DNA of 64,000 bases from Mobula birostris (lineage: Eukaryota). Position 1 is the stretch's first letter. The number at the start of each line of letters is the position of its first letter. The stretch covers positions 175,842,647 to 175,906,646 of the forward strand of contig NC_092370.1 in the NCBI RefSeq assembly GCF_030028105.1. The letters are read 5' to 3'. The translations under genes were made by a program, and so were the position numbers. The notes under the pieces are model-generated. The model had not been told where the DNA came from, did no database searches, and was given only the letters and a program-made list of their open reading frames with translations. This document shows, in pieces, positions 1 through 12,849 of this stretch.

Positions 1-460
1 CGACACAATCCCTGAAAATCTGTCGGGGTTCGCCAACTGGTCCCACTGCTCTGCGAGCGTCGACATTACGGAGTACACACCTCACCTTGTGTACGTCCAG
101 TGTTGGCACAGATTCTCTGTCCCACGTTAAGGCCCTTGTCACAGATTCCTTATTGTCCTGATCAAAGTGAACAAAGTTGTTCAGCTCTTCCGCTAGTTTG
201 GCATCACCATGAGCTGAGCAGGAGAACGTTCCTTTGTAATCTGAGATGGCTCTGATGCCCTCCCGAACACGTCAGGGATCAATGGCATTATAGAAATACG
301 TCTCAATCTGTACTTTATGTCTAATCTTGGTGGTCTTGATGCCTCTCTGAAGATTCGATCTAGCCTCACTGTATGCTTTGGTATCACTGGATCTTTAAGC
401 ATTATCACGAGCTTTGAGCAGGTTTCGTCAATTGTTGTTCATCCATGGATTCTGGTTTGG
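1..460 (-). mobile_element. Rex1/Babar LINE ORF fragment (pre-RT region), degenerate
   Basis: Minus-strand translation DYKG..LAEELNNF..VRCVLRNVDARRAVGPVG resembles Rex1 'LAEELNTFYARF..VNPRKAAGPDG'. Confidence 0.7.
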
Positions 461-462
461 GA

Positions 463-1475
463 ATATCAAAGGTTCAAAGGGTTATTTTATTGTGGAAGTA
501 TGCATGTACAATACAACTCTGATATTTGTCTACTCCAGATAGCCATGAAATACAGGAAAACCAAAAGTGTTGATGAAAGAAAAGAAATCAACTCTTCCCC
601 CCCCCCCCCAACCGGCACGAAAAAGAAATGAAGCTAGCAGACACCAAAATCCCCTCATCCCCCATAGGAAAAAAAAACAGCGACAATAACAATCCCTGAC
701 CCCTTCATTCACAGATAAAATAGCAATAACAACCCCTGACCCTCACTCACAGAAAAAAACAGCAACAATAACAATCCCTGACCCTTTTGCACAGAAAAAA
801 AACAGCAACAATAACAATCCCTGACCCTCTCACTCCCAGAAAAGAACATCAACAGTAGCACCAAACCCCCAACCACACCTTACACACAAAAATCAACAGA
901 TCACTCTCCCGCCAGTCGACCACAAGAAAGAAAACACTGAAAAACTGAAGGAATCCAATATAGACACAGTCCAATAATCATGTAAATCTCAGAATATCGG
1001 ATACACCTTTTTGTCTGCATACAAGGAGAGCAGCCACACGAACTCAGTCCTTCAGTAAAGAGTGACCTTTGACTCAGATCCTAACGTCGCCAATCTGGCT
1101 ACTGACTGCCTCCGTTGGGAGCCATCACTGACTCCCTCAGGATTCACTTTGCTGCTTCAATTCTTCTTCAGTGCATTCATGATCCCGTGCCCCATCTCTG
1201 GTCTTTTCCACAAGTCAGTTCTTGCTCCTTTTCGGCCGCTCCTCCATAGTCTCTAGTCTCCACGAGGCAGCTCTCTGGATACAGCATAGCGCTGGATCCT
1301 TTGATTGAGTCCCAAACTGTACGTCACAGGCTTCCACAGTTTCCATAACACAAACAAGACAAAGGACAAGCAGAAGTCATAGAGAAAGTGAAATAATTGG
1401 AGAGATTTGCTATCTGAATGATGCCGCCTGAAGAATCGTTGTTGTCTGGCGCCATCTTGACCAGAAGTCATCCGG
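463..1475 (-). mobile_element. Non-autonomous retroposon inserted into the Rex1 LINE
   Basis: 5' end GACTTCTGGTCAAGATGGCGCC and a (TTTGAACC)-type 3' tail. It has no coding capacity and splits Rex1 sequence (1-460 and 1480-2220). Confidence 0.55.
668..850. repeat. Minisatellite, about 4 copies of a ~45-48 bp unit
   Basis: Repeated aaaaaacagcaacaataacaatccctgacccc..cacag. Confidence 0.85.
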
Positions 1476-1479
1476 ATGT

Positions 1480-2220
1480 TTTTGGTGGTGATGACATTGT
1501 CTTCGCAGAATTTGTTGTAGTGCATAACTGTGATTGTATATTATTCCTCTAAATCCATGCCCGAGCCGTGTATAGCCTGGTCAGTACTCTGAACAGAATC
1601 TTGAAGATTAGAGATGGCTGCCTCAGGCCCCACCTTCACTGTCCTGGAGGTTGCTTTCTCCTTCCTTACCACTGGGATCAGATGCAAAGTCAGATGATCG
1701 GACAATCCCAGGTGAGGGCATGGGAAAGCCCCAAAATGCGCCTGTGATGTTGGTGTACACCTGGCCCAGTGTGTTATTACCCCTTGTAGGACAATTCATA
1801 TTCTGATGGAATTTAGGATATATATATTTTTAGGTTAGCCCGATTAAAATCCTCAGCTACGATGAAGGCACTTATCAGGGTGAGCAGCCAGTTGTTTAAC
1901 AGCATCATGCAGTTTGAGCTAGTGTTGGTATTGGCCCGCGGAGGTAAATAAACTGCTATAATATAAACCAGTGATTTCTCTCGGTAGATGAAAGGGCCTG
2001 TACTTTATCATTAGGTATTCCAGGCTGGGACAACAGTAACTTTCAATAATGACTGAATTCATACACCAGGCATTGTTAACATAAATGCATAAACCACCAC
2101 CTGATTTCTTGCCAGAATCATGCATTTGTTGGCACCAAAGGCCGTTTGGCCTGTTAACTCAACACATGCGTCAAGTACCTCATGGTCCAGCCATATTTCT
2201 GTGAAGAATATAGCACAGCA
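1480..2220 (-). mobile_element. Rex1/Babar LINE endonuclease region, degenerate
   Basis: ORF 1919..2125 reads SGKKSGGGLCIYVNNAWC..LEYLMIKYRPFHLPRE, typical of the Rex1 APE domain. Confidence 0.85.
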
Positions 2221-2239
2221 CTCTAGTAGGTTTTGGTGG

Positions 2240-3585
2240 GCAGAATGTCCTTCTCTTTAAGAAACTGCTCATCAATCCAAAATATTGACTCCCCTTTTGT
2301 ATCTGTTTCTAGCCCATTTCAAATAACAACTCTTGAACTATGCTTTGATCATTTATGAAGTGAACATAACCAAGAAGCAAAGATTCATTGCCTGGCAAAG
2401 TTGACTTATCTAACTGTAAAGCAAATTCTGTTGTCCAAGGTATGTAGCACAATGTGTCTTCCACATTCTCAGACATTTCATCTTTTCATCTTTGAACAGA
2501 GTTGTCACTGAGTGGAGTCTTTTTAGTTATTTTTTCTGGTAACTTATGGAAAACCATACCCAGAACCTCCCTTACTGCTGGCATAATCAGTCTTTCTCCA
2601 ATTGTATGGGGCTTTCCAGATTTAACAATGAGCAATGAAATGTTGTATGAAGTATGCAAAGCATCACTGCTTGTTGTGAAGTGCTGACAAACATGTTTTG
2701 AAGTGTTTTCCATTTCTGAAAGTTTTCATAATGTGACTGAATACAAGCCAAGTTCTTGTTTGTTTTATTAGAGTGTATTCTCTTCAAATATTCAAGAAGC
2801 CTGGACAGTTCCATTGCTTCATTTGGGGAAAAAAAACTTTTTTCACACAACAGACACATTGCCTGCTGTTGGTTGCTTGGCACTGGTATAAATCCATGTA
2901 TCAGATACTCCACATTACAGTGTTTACACTTCTTTTTTGCTTGCTCTGCTTCTGTCATTTTCATCTTAGAATAGCAACCACAGTAAATTGCCTATTGTTT
3001 AAGTCCAACCTCAAGGGCTGCAAGCTATAATGGAGAAAGTTATGACATTATCATAGCTCAGGCAAAATCTGACTCTCTGCCTGAAGGTACGTAACGTGGG
3101 GCAGCAATACCTCGGTTGGGCAATGGGCTAGAGAAATATGGTCAAGACCATTTGAAAGGGCATGCTCTGAACCCCATCGAAGAGCATACTCTAATTTGTA
3201 GGAATTGCATCACTACGTGATTAGAGTATGGGAATCATACTACCCAACACAATACTACAGTAGTGAATGGCAATAATGCTCAGAAATAACAACTTCATCG
3301 GTCCAGAATTCTTATGATATGTTAAATATTTAAGTTTCACATTGCTTTTCAACAACTGTAACTTGCTTCAAGCAAAGTCTAAAAAAATGTTGGATTAGTA
3401 AGAGATGGGGTGATTACGTGATAATTGTAATCAATTATGAGGCACTGAGGATGAAATGCTTATAATAAGTAATTCATTTATTAAATTAATCCTGAAATCC
3501 CTCAGCTGTCCCCCTTGCTACCAAGCAACCTTTTAGAAACTCCTGCCACCTTAGGGGGCAATAACTCCCACTTTGGGAACCACTA
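2240..3585 (-). mobile_element. hAT-Charlie (ZBED5/SCAND3-like) DNA transposon fossil, 5' part
   Basis: BED-finger-like KKKCKHCNVEYL.GF..CLLCEK..NEAM..SRL and SYNISLLI.KSGKPHTIGERLI.PA..PLSDNSVQR, with frameshifts. TIR-like (c/t)AGTGGTTCCCAAAGTGG at the ~3585 end. Confidence 0.85.
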
Positions 3586-3899
3586 ACTTAACATCTGTCA
3601 GAAGGTGCACTACAATGACTGGGGTGTTTTCCCAATCAGAGCCAGAATATGTAATCCCAACACATTTCAAATGTTACCATATTCAAGATCAATAAAAAGT
3701 ATCAAAAGACTTACATTTAGCTGGGGTTTTCATGATCCTTGGACATCTCAAAGTGGACTGCTGTCAACGGATACTCCAAATGTCCTGCCTTAGAAAGTTC
3801 CTTGGGATCAAAGCTTCTAGTTCTTTTCGTGGTGACTAATCCTGCAGATTCTTCATTGGAAAGGCAAGAAGTGGCTGGAAGATGAGTAATTTGAGAAGT

Positions 3900-4800
3900 A
3901 TTATGCTCTTTCCTCTGTTAATGCAGAGCTTTGTGTGTTCCCAGTGTACGACTTTGATCCATACTGCTCCCTCCTCCACTTTGAGTGGTCACAAAGTTGT
4001 CAGATGTCAGTGGGGAAATACATTTCTTCTTGGAAGCTCCAAACAGTCCTAGGATCAACTTCTATTGGCTTGGTAATTTCTTCCCATGGCAGAACTTAGT
4101 GTTCTGGGAGTCTGGTGTTGGTCATTTAAGTGTGACTTACCCCACACAGCCAACAAAGTAATTAATGTCATAATACTTGGAAGTTAGCCTTGAAGAGGAC
4201 ACTGATGTTGCTTAGTTTACTCTTCCAAGGAACTTGGAGAAGTTTAACAGAAACATTAATGGAAAGTTTCCAGTGCCTTTAAATGTCTGCTGCATGTAGT
4301 TCAGATCTCATAAGCATTTAGGACAGGGATCACTGCTTTCTGCTGGACCATGAGTTTTATACCAGGTCTTGATCTTCAAATATCCTGTTCCTCACTTGAC
4401 CAAAGCCTATGTTGACATACCAGAGGCAACGGTGAATTTCATCACTGCCGTTTGCTGTTGGGGAAAAGGTGCTCCAAAGATATGAGAAATGGTCCACATT
4501 CTCCAGGGTCTATCTTGTTGGAGAGTAATGTGACGAAAAATGGGTAGATTGATTGAGGGTCTCTGTCACATTATGAAAATGTCAGTGAATGAGTCAATTG
4601 CCTCTGAGCATGAGCAAATGCAAGTGCCTTCTTGGAACTGCAACTTAAGTTTGGGTGACCTTGGTTCCTTGAAGCTTTCCATGAATTCTGATGATTAGTT
4701 CCATTCCCACAGGAAATTTACTGGAGGTTAGGCCAACATCCGCGCCAAATCTGGACATCCACAGAAATCTGTCTCCATCTTATGTTTGCTCCGTGACAAC
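3900..4800 (-). mobile_element. Ancient RTE-like LINE remnant
   Basis: Degenerate sequence near 4580-4630 resembles the RTE post-YADD segment (AC.CAHSEA..DSF). Confidence 0.35.
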
Positions 4801-5116
4801 ATGGAAACAGTGATACTAAATGATACAATGAGCACACAACAGAATCAACTTCTGTGAAGATGGGTCTCAAAGAAGATAATGTTATTGCTCCAACTCCAAA
4901 TGTAGCAGTGTGATAGCCAACCTTTCACAGAAAAAACTATGGTCAGTAGTTTAAGAAGTGAACAAATCTGAATTTTTTTGAGGTGCAAAGAGGGGTTAGA
5001 TACTCATAAGGACACTGGGGATAATGCCATTGCTATTGAAACAGAGTCATGAATTCTTTTAACCAGCACCTGAGATAGCAGGCAGGGCCTTAGTTTAACA
5101 TCTACAATGTTTAACA

Positions 5117-5523
5117 TTTAGGAGAATGTGTGGGGATCTCATTGAAACTTACCAAATGTTGAAAGGACTAAATAAATATGGATGTGGAGAGGATGTTTCC
5201 TCTGGTGGGGGTATCCAGAACTAGAGGGCACAGCCTCAAATTTGAAGAGTGACCTTTTAGAACAGAAGTAAGGAGGATTTTTTTTTAAGCCAAAGAGTGG
5301 TGAATCTGTGGAATGCTCTGCCACAGACTGCGGTGGAGGCCAAGTGCGTGGGTATATTTAATGCGGAAGCTGATAGATTCCTGACTGGTCAGGGCATCAA
5401 GGGATATGGTGAGAGGGCAGGGGTATGGAGTTGAATGGGATCTGCGATCAGCCATGATGAAATGCTGAAGCGGACTTGATGAGCTGAATGGCCTAATTCT
5501 GCTCTCATGTCTTATGGTCTTAT
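5117..5523 (+). mobile_element. CR1 LINE 3' fragment
   Basis: ORF2 C-terminal GDLIETY..RTRGHSLK..FF.RVVNLWN, followed by a 3'UTR with a (CTTATGGT) tail. Confidence 0.9.
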
Positions 5524-5866
5524 CTCATCTGAAAGACATCACCTCAGCAGCAACCCTCAGTATGAGTATTAAGGGATCAACTTGACTCTTGAACCCACAG
5601 CCTTCAAGGCAATAGAGCTACTGAATGAACTACATCTTAGAAATTAGAAGAAACACCACTAAAAATTTAACACTGAAGCATGTTCAGCTCAACAGGCAGC
5701 TTATGGGCAAGAATTCAAGATTTGTACATGGGCAAGTGTGAGGTGTTAACAGCTTCCTGATCTGGCTTAATGCACTGAATAATCATGATAATTGACAACA
5801 GGTGATAATGTTTAATAACGATTGTGCCCATGAAATGCAGGGAGGAACACTGGAAACCATACTTCT

Positions 5867-5872
5867 TTTATT
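5867..5872 (-). terminator. Candidate polyadenylation signal (AATAAA) of the galectin-related gene
   Basis: AATAAA on the minus strand about 390 nt after the stop codon, followed by a GT-rich tract. Confidence 0.5.
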
Positions 5873-6261
5873 GTACATGTAATAATTCTGACACACAACT
5901 GATTGGACTAAGTAATGTGAAGGAAAGGTTGACTACAATAATGTGAGCCATTAAAAGGAGAAGCAGACAGACTTTGGAACATAAAGAAATATTTAATTAA
6001 GCATAAGAAGGTTCTGAACAATCCAATTTGCTGGCTTGCCTTTAAAGTCAAATCCTATATTTCAAAACCCAAGTCCACAAAACTCAACACAAATTCTGAA
6101 CACTTTTCCAAAAGGTACATTTTTTTCCTCTGCTCAGAAGGGAAATTATTGGAAGATTGGAGCAACAATTAGACTGCAGAAAGATTTTTAAAATAATTCT
6201 TATGGGGGAAAAATCACCTCCTGAAATTATATCTTTGTTTTCAAAGAGCACATTACAAAAA

Positions 6262-6405
6262 TTAAACTACTTTCGTCAGTCGAAGGTCACCTATAATTTT
6301 TAATGCAGTTAGTTTTTGTATTTGCTGGAAGCGGTATGTGAAATCAAATAGTTGTTGTCCATCGACTTGAACCCGGAACTGCTGGTGCTCACACAGGATT
6401 TCCAT
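6262..6405 (-). CDS. Galectin-related protein, last coding exon (MEILCEHQQFRVQVDGQQLFDFTYRFQQIQKLTALKIIGDLRLTKVV*)
   Basis: tttcag acceptor, 144 nt ending in TAA. Strong match to the LGALSL C-terminus '[27 protein letters not shown]...INGDLQITKL' (recalled). The spliced CDS is 27+89+175+144 = 435 nt and open throughout. Confidence 0.95.
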   Translation of the reverse strand: MEILCEHQQFRVQVDGQQLFDFTYRFQQIQKLTALKIIGDLRLTKVV

Positions 6406-6579
6406 CTGAAATCAGATTTTAAAATAGTCTCACTATATTGAAAAATCATAGAACTGGACATCACAATAGTCCATACACTCATGCAAATGGAAAAGGCTCC
6501 CCTGAAACAGTGAATCTATGCCAACCATTCAGCAGTGTAATACATGAATCCCATACCAATTCAGATTTCCAGCAGCTCT

Positions 6580-6790
6580 CCTCAGACTCTACCACACTTA
6601 AACGATGGGGTCAATTTACAGTGGCCATTAACCTATCAAGCCACATGCCCTTAGGGTGTAGAAGGAACTGGAGCGCGCACAGTCTCAGGGAGAACCTACA
6701 AACTCCACACAGACAGCAATGGAAGTTCTCGTTGAACTTGGGCCAAGGGTGCTGTGAGGCAGCAGCTCTACTAACTGTGCTACCTTCGAC
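6580..6790 (-). mobile_element. V-SINE/HE1-like SINE, degenerate
   Basis: Reverse-complement similarity to the SINE at 26400 (V-domain gtttgtaggttctccctg). Confidence 0.5.
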
Positions 6791-7293
6791 TATAGTGCCT
6801 GTGCCATCTCGTCAGCACCAGGTGAACATTAACCAGCCCTTTCCCCTTTGCCTTCAAGTATTTCCTTGCAAATATGTAGACAATTCTTTTTTTTCAAGCA
6901 AGTTACTATAGCAGTACTCTACTTAGCAATGCCCTGCAGAATGCTGATTTGATCTTGCGGTCCAAACACTCACTAATTTGTACCCACTATACTTTTTTTT
7001 AAAAATCTAGAGCAGCCACTGTTCAGCTGGCAACTTGGAACAAGCTGCTGTTCTCACCAATGATCCAGAGCAGAAAGACTATCTGTGAGGATGGTTGTTG
7101 GGCAGGTTGGGCTGAGTGGATACTCCCTGGGCTTAAAGATTCCTGGTCTCTGTCATCACCTTTAGCTGGATGTGATAGAAGTCACTGCCTTGCTATTTGA
7201 CTACACAGCATTTCCCAAGCTCAGATAAAGCTTTCTCAGGAGATGTTTAAGTGACAAATTCAATGGAGGCTCTTTCTGAGAAGTCTCTGTGCT

Positions 7294-7586
7294 GGGGCCG
7301 GCTGGTGGCGCAATGACATCAGTGCTGGACACTGGATCGGAGGTTCCCAGGTTCGAATCCAGTCGGGTCCGCTCCCGAGTACGCTTTCCATCCCTGCCGG
7401 GTTGAGTGTCGAGATCGCAACTCAACCTCGTAGAATAAAGGGAAAAATACTGCGAAAATGTCTGTGTGAGGAGAGGCACGCCACACAGTCTCTCTCTCGC
7501 TCCCCACCTTGTAAAGGCATGAAAAAGACATCATCACGCGCACACACAGGGGCATGCACCGACACACGCATGCACACACCAAAAGA
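7294..7586 (+). mobile_element. Young tRNA-derived SINE with an RTE-like body
   Basis: Pol III A box TGGCGCAATGA and B box GGTTCGAATCC. TSD aagtctctgtgct(gggg) at 7281 and 7587. CpG-rich. Confidence 0.88.
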
Positions 7587-8984
7587 AAGTCTCTGTGCTG
7601 GGGAATGCTTGCAGCTGAACAGAGAGGGGTTGACAGCAGCTTCCTTCTCTTCAAACGGGATCCGAGTGGACGGCCATGAAGCAGAGCTGCCAGTCCTCAG
7701 CATTGGCTAACACACTCCGTACGATGAACAACCACAATGTTCGCCCCAGCCCTCTCCAAACTGAGCTATGGGTGATTTATTGGTGCTAGAGTGTCATTTC
7801 CAGTGCAATGTTGTCAGTAGTACATCCCTCCCTCTCGAGATAATGCTCTTGTTATCTTCCACCATTGGCCCTCTCATTCCTAGCAATGTACCCTGAGGAC
7901 TAAATGAGTTATCAGTTTAATGAAGCTACTTTTGACACCTTTCAGGGAGTTCAGCAATGGCATGCCTTCTGAAAATTGTTTTATCACGCTTCTGGTTTTT
8001 CTATTATCTTAATTTTTTATATTTTGGACAGCAACATTGCTGTCACTTGCAGCTTCTCCTCATTCACTTAATGACAGTCATTCAAGATTGTGAAAATTTC
8101 TACAGCTCCTATTAATCTTCTCTCCTTTAAAGCAGAAAAATCCTTGTTTCTGTACAGTATATAACAAAATCTCATCCTTGCTATCTTGTTACTAAATCTC
8201 TTTTCCACCTGCCAATGCTTTGTTGTCTTTTCATCATATTTGCGGCCTAGAACTGGACTAAATAATCCATCTGAGGCCTAACTATTTAAGTAAATGCTTA
8301 ATATAACTTCCTCATTTTAGCATCTGTAAAACTGTGGCTCTGAAGTGTTTCTTTTGATGGAGCTTGTCCAGCCAACTTTAAAGCTTCGTACATTTAAACC
8401 CAGCATCACCATGCCTCTGTCCCACTTAAAATTGCGCCATTTTGTCTATTTCCCATTCCTTCTTTCAAAATGTATCACCCGTGAAGTCAGGATGCAGCTC
8501 TGGAACTAAGTACAACTGAATAAATTCTGGGTTCAATGAACAATACCAAAGCAACACAATCTCTGTTTTACACAAGATATCTGGCACAAAATAAAGCATT
8601 TCCTCTTTTTCGTCAAAGTATTGGAAACTGAAGTTGCAGCTTTTAACTGAACAATCACTTGAGAGTGTGTTTATCCATTCACCTAGGTCTGACTGAGCCC
8701 GAATTCCTGTTTGGATGCAGGTGGAAAGCAGCGAATAGAGGATTACCATTCTTTCAGTGCATAATGAAATGCTCCAAGGTTAATTTTGTCCCACATCTTT
8801 GTGAAGGTAACGTGCATTATCAGAAAATAAATTCACACAGTGAATTTCTGAGGGCCTGTATCAGAATCATTGGAACCATCTGTGAAACTAGTCAGTCTTA
8901 ACCTTGCAGGACTGTGTTTCTTTCAGACTAACTAGATTTCCAGTAACTTCTAGTTAGTATGGATCATCATAGAGCAAACATATC

Positions 8985-9435
8985 AGAATCAGGTTCATTA
9001 TCACCGGCATGTGACATGAAATTTGTTAACTTAGCAGCAGCAGTTCAATGCAATACATAATCTGGGGGNNNNNNNNNNNNNNNNNNNNNNNNNNNNNNNN
9101 NNNNNNNNNNNNNNNNNNNNNNNNNNNNNNNNNNNNNNNNNNNNNNNNNNNNNNNNNNNNNNNNNNNNNNNNNNNNNNNNNNNNNNNNNNNNNNNNNNNN
9201 NNNNNNNNNNNNNNNNNCAAAAACAGAAATACTGTATATGAAAAACAAATGAAGTAGTGTCCAAAGCTTCAAGGTCCATTTAGGAATCGGATGGCAGAGG
9301 GGAAGAAGCTGTTCCTGCATCGCTGAGTGTGTGCCTTCAGGCTTCTGTACCTGCTACCTGATGGTAACAGTGAGAAAAGGGCATGCCCTGGGTGCTGGAG
9401 GTCCTTAATAATGGACGCTGCCTTTCTGAGACCTT
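8985..9435 (-). mobile_element. Rex1/Babar LINE 3' fragment spanning the assembly gap
   Basis: ORF 9269..9460 [28 protein letters not shown], with a (CAGAAT) tail. Near-identical to 50555-50990. Confidence 0.85.
9069..9217. other. Assembly gap (149 N)
   Basis: Run of N. Confidence 1.
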
Positions 9436-10287
9436 TATGATCTTTCACCATATCATCCAATATCAGTTAAATTTTACGTTTTTCCATATGCCTTGTTTTT
9501 AATTGACATACAAGTATATCAATAAATACTTGCAAAGTCTGCCCTTATCTATCCTGCACATTCAACATGCAGTTCATAGGGACACAGAGCATGAAAAGAT
9601 ACTAATCTGCCCACTGTTGGCTCGCTAAGTAAATAATGAGTCACTTTCCTCCTCTTACACCACATACAGAAAACTTGCAGCTCCATTGGTCTGGTTTAGA
9701 TTGAATCCAAGACATAGTGTCTTAAGGCATGTTTAATCTATACCACTAAGCAATCCCTAGCCAGAACAGTCAGAGGATTAACAATCAAATGTGATCATTT
9801 CTTTCAGTCCTTTGTTACACCAAGTGCTCTGATAATATTTTGTTCTTACTGTTTTGCTCTGAATGACACCAGTTACCCCAGCACAAATGGACGATGGGTT
9901 TTGAATCCTGAACACGCCTCAGTCATTCACTGCATATATGAACTCTGAAAGGATTCTAAAGCACAGGAGTGAAATGATTTTGAACCAAACAGCTGCAGGT
10001 GGTGAAAATCTGAAACAACACAGAAGATCCTGGAAATTCTCAGGATATGAGGCACTATATGCGAAGAGACTAACTGTTTTGAAATTTCAGGTTGGTGATT
10101 TTTCACAGGAAACTGACCTAAAAATTCACTTTTTCTTTTTCCATAGATGCTACCTGACCAGGAAAGCATATGCAGCACATTTTCTTTTAATAGCATATCT
10201 ACACTGTATTTTACATATTTCACTGGGATACCATCTAAAGATAGAGCAACTTAAGTGTACTTCTTCCACAAGATAACTGACACTCAC

Positions 10288-10462
10288 CTTGAAGTGCTGC
10301 ATAGGTGCGAAAGGGAAATAAGGTATATTTTTCTCTTCTTTTCCCCATTTGCCTGAAACTTTGGCATTTCGTACAACTGTGCGATCCCGAAAGCTGACTG
10401 TCACTTCGAGGCCAACGTCTGTCTCTGTTTCCAAAGGGTTGCTGATGAGACTTATTACAAAG
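10288..10462 (-). CDS. Galectin-related protein, coding exon 3 (SFVISLISNPLETETDVGLEVTVSFRDRTVVRNAKVSGKWGKEEKNIPYFPFAPMQHFK)
   Basis: ctgcag acceptor and GTGAGT donor; 175 nt, phase 2->0. Contains the galectin WGxE and the GRP-type IPYFPF motifs. Lies within ORF 10150..10524. Confidence 0.95.
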
Positions 10463-11472
10463 CTGCAGATAATCACATGTGCAAACATCACATGAGTGAT
10501 CACAAAAATAATAAGAGCTTTCATTTCATTTTGCTTTGCATTCCTGTTCTCCAGTATTCATCTTTTAAATTGTAACTAATACCACATTACTAGCCCACAA
10601 ACATCATCTATTCTTAGGTATCTCAGTCAAGCAAACACTGGGCACAGATCAAGGCAAGAATATGGATGCTCAAGTACTCCACAATACTATGAGGTTAAGC
10701 CAAATAGAGCATGTTTGATGATGAACCATTTGGCCTACCGTGCAAATAAACTTTGATCAAGTCAGTCACATCACTGCAGTACGCTCAATCTGCCACAAAC
10801 CTCTCCATTAGACCTCATGCTTGATTAATGTAAAATAAATTACGTTTCTTTTGATTATGGGCAATTCTTCAGCTAGAATGATCTGGAGTGCCCTCTCCTC
10901 TACAGATGGGGATGTCATTTAGCCTACAGGGAATATAGCTGACCATCCTTCGGGTGTCCGTACAAGCAGGCTAGCCGAGGTAGGCTGCTGACAAACCAAC
11001 CAAAAAAAAATGCTAAAAATACTTTAAAAAAACCAAAGAGCTAAATAAAAAATACGGTTGCTAGAAACTTGAAGTAAAAAAAATGCTGTAAGATCATTAA
11101 TCTGAAATATCAGCTCTGTTTCTGAAACCAAAATTACCAAGTACTTTCACCAGTTCCTGTTTTTATTTCAAGCAGCTGGTTTAGCTGGTTCTTGGTGTCA
11201 GATGACAGTAAAGAGGGGCCAGGGCTGACAAAATTCTCAGAGTTACCCAGTTGGTAAATTACATTTTCTCCAGACTTCCTCCATATAGCAGCTTCTTCCC
11301 CTACTCCCTCTTCAAATACATCTAATTCCATTTGGAAATATATGGTTGAATGACACCCTTGACTTGTCAAACAAAATGGAAAAGTTGATTATTATTGTCA
11401 GATGCACTGAGGTACAGTGGAAAAACATTGTCTTGTATCCAATCCACATAAATAACTTCATCCATAACTTAT

Positions 11473-11607
11473 GTCCCAAGGAAGGGTCTTGGCCCGAAAT
11501 GTTAGCTGTTTATTCCTGTCCATAGATGCTGCCTGACCTGCTGAGTTCCTCCAGCATTTTGTGTGTGCTGGAAATCCAAGGCAACATCAGCAGACTTTCT
11601 TGTGTTT
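11473..11607 (+). mobile_element. Penelope-like pseudo-LTR remnant with a decayed hammerhead
   Basis: gaagggtcttggcccgaaatgtt..gatgctgcctgacctgctgagttcctccagca, the same family as 53062-53945. Confidence 0.75.
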
Positions 11608-11629
11608 GAGGTAATTTCATCACATCTGT

Positions 11630-12300
11630 ACATTGAGGTAGTACAAAGGAAAAGTTAGAGAGGAAGTCCTCAATGTTATTTCAGTGATCCACAAAGGATC
11701 ACAGTACCAGGTAGAACATGGTCAACAACACCTCCTCCTGATCAATACCCACTGTTAATTCAATTGAAGGTGCAGTTCCCAGTAGTCTGCTGATGAACAC
11801 ACACACGCAATCCAGCACATCATTCCACGGATTGAAAACTGGAGGGCGGCCCAGCTTCATTTCTGGCATCTCCTCTCCTGGACTGCAGCAGCAGGCAAGC
11901 CCATGGCTTGAGGCCTAGCCCTTGCTAAACAAAGACCATGCAGTTCCCCCGCTATCTGTCACACCAATAAACAAGGGGAAAAGACCTGTGGCATCTTACA
12001 TCATCAATATCCATCAGCGTTGTGCGATTGCAAGAGAAACATCCATGACAATCTCCCACCATTACCTTCGTGTACCAACTCCAATGCCTTCAATACTTTC
12101 CTGTAACAGGCAGCAACATGGTCTGCACCAAGTCCAGTTTCTCCTCCAACAAGCACCACACTGACCTGCAGTATGCAAAATTCTTAAAATCCAGCATTGT
12201 CTTACGATCATTAAACGGACATTTACAAAAGACAAAAACACCTTTGGTTGTCCATGGAGAAGCCACTGCATATGGCGGGCCACCATCTTACTGGAAGTTT
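11630..12300 (-). mobile_element. Old non-autonomous retroposon
   Basis: 5' end TTCCAGTAAGATGGTGGCC resembles that of the 463-1475 element. A Rex1-type tail lies near 11380. Confidence 0.35.
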
Positions 12301-12849
12301 ATGAGTCATTGCTCATTCGTGCTGAACAACACACAAAGGAAGAATAGAGAGAAGAATGACATAAGCAAGACGAATGAATATAGATAGACTTTATAATGAA
12401 GAGCCAAGAAGATAAATAAGATCTTTAGTTAACATTTTGAACCAGATATCTAATTTCTGGTGATAGGCATTGAAATTCCCCCAACAAAATATGCTTTATG
12501 CCTACTTGCTCTTCAGAACGAAGAGCATAGAAGGTATTTGGATGGAGAACTTTAATGGCCATCCTCAGGATTGGCTTGGAAGCATGACCAACAGGCCATT
12601 CTTGAATATCAATCCAAGTACATCAATCCCTGACAGTAATAGCCTTTATGGAGTTCTGCTGGGCAGCTAAAACCTGGATATGTATGAAGCTTTATGAACC
12701 AACAACAGCAACAGAAACATATACACCAAGAATCTGTAAACACGTGGCCTGGCTATCACCATCAGTGCACAAGTTCAACAATGAGTGCAGTGGAGCACGT
12801 GAATGTGCCTACAGAAATAAGGCAAGTTACAGCCTGGGTTTGCATGGAG

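Noticed and set aside
668-850. Regularly spaced repeats that superficially resemble a CRISPR array
   Set aside because: There are no unique spacers; it is a tandem minisatellite in a vertebrate retroposon with no cas genes.
7294-7370. tRNA gene candidate
   Set aside because: It is the head of a TSD-flanked SINE and lacks a complete cloverleaf and terminator.
9026-9320. ORFs containing long X runs
   Set aside because: They are artefacts of the N gap.
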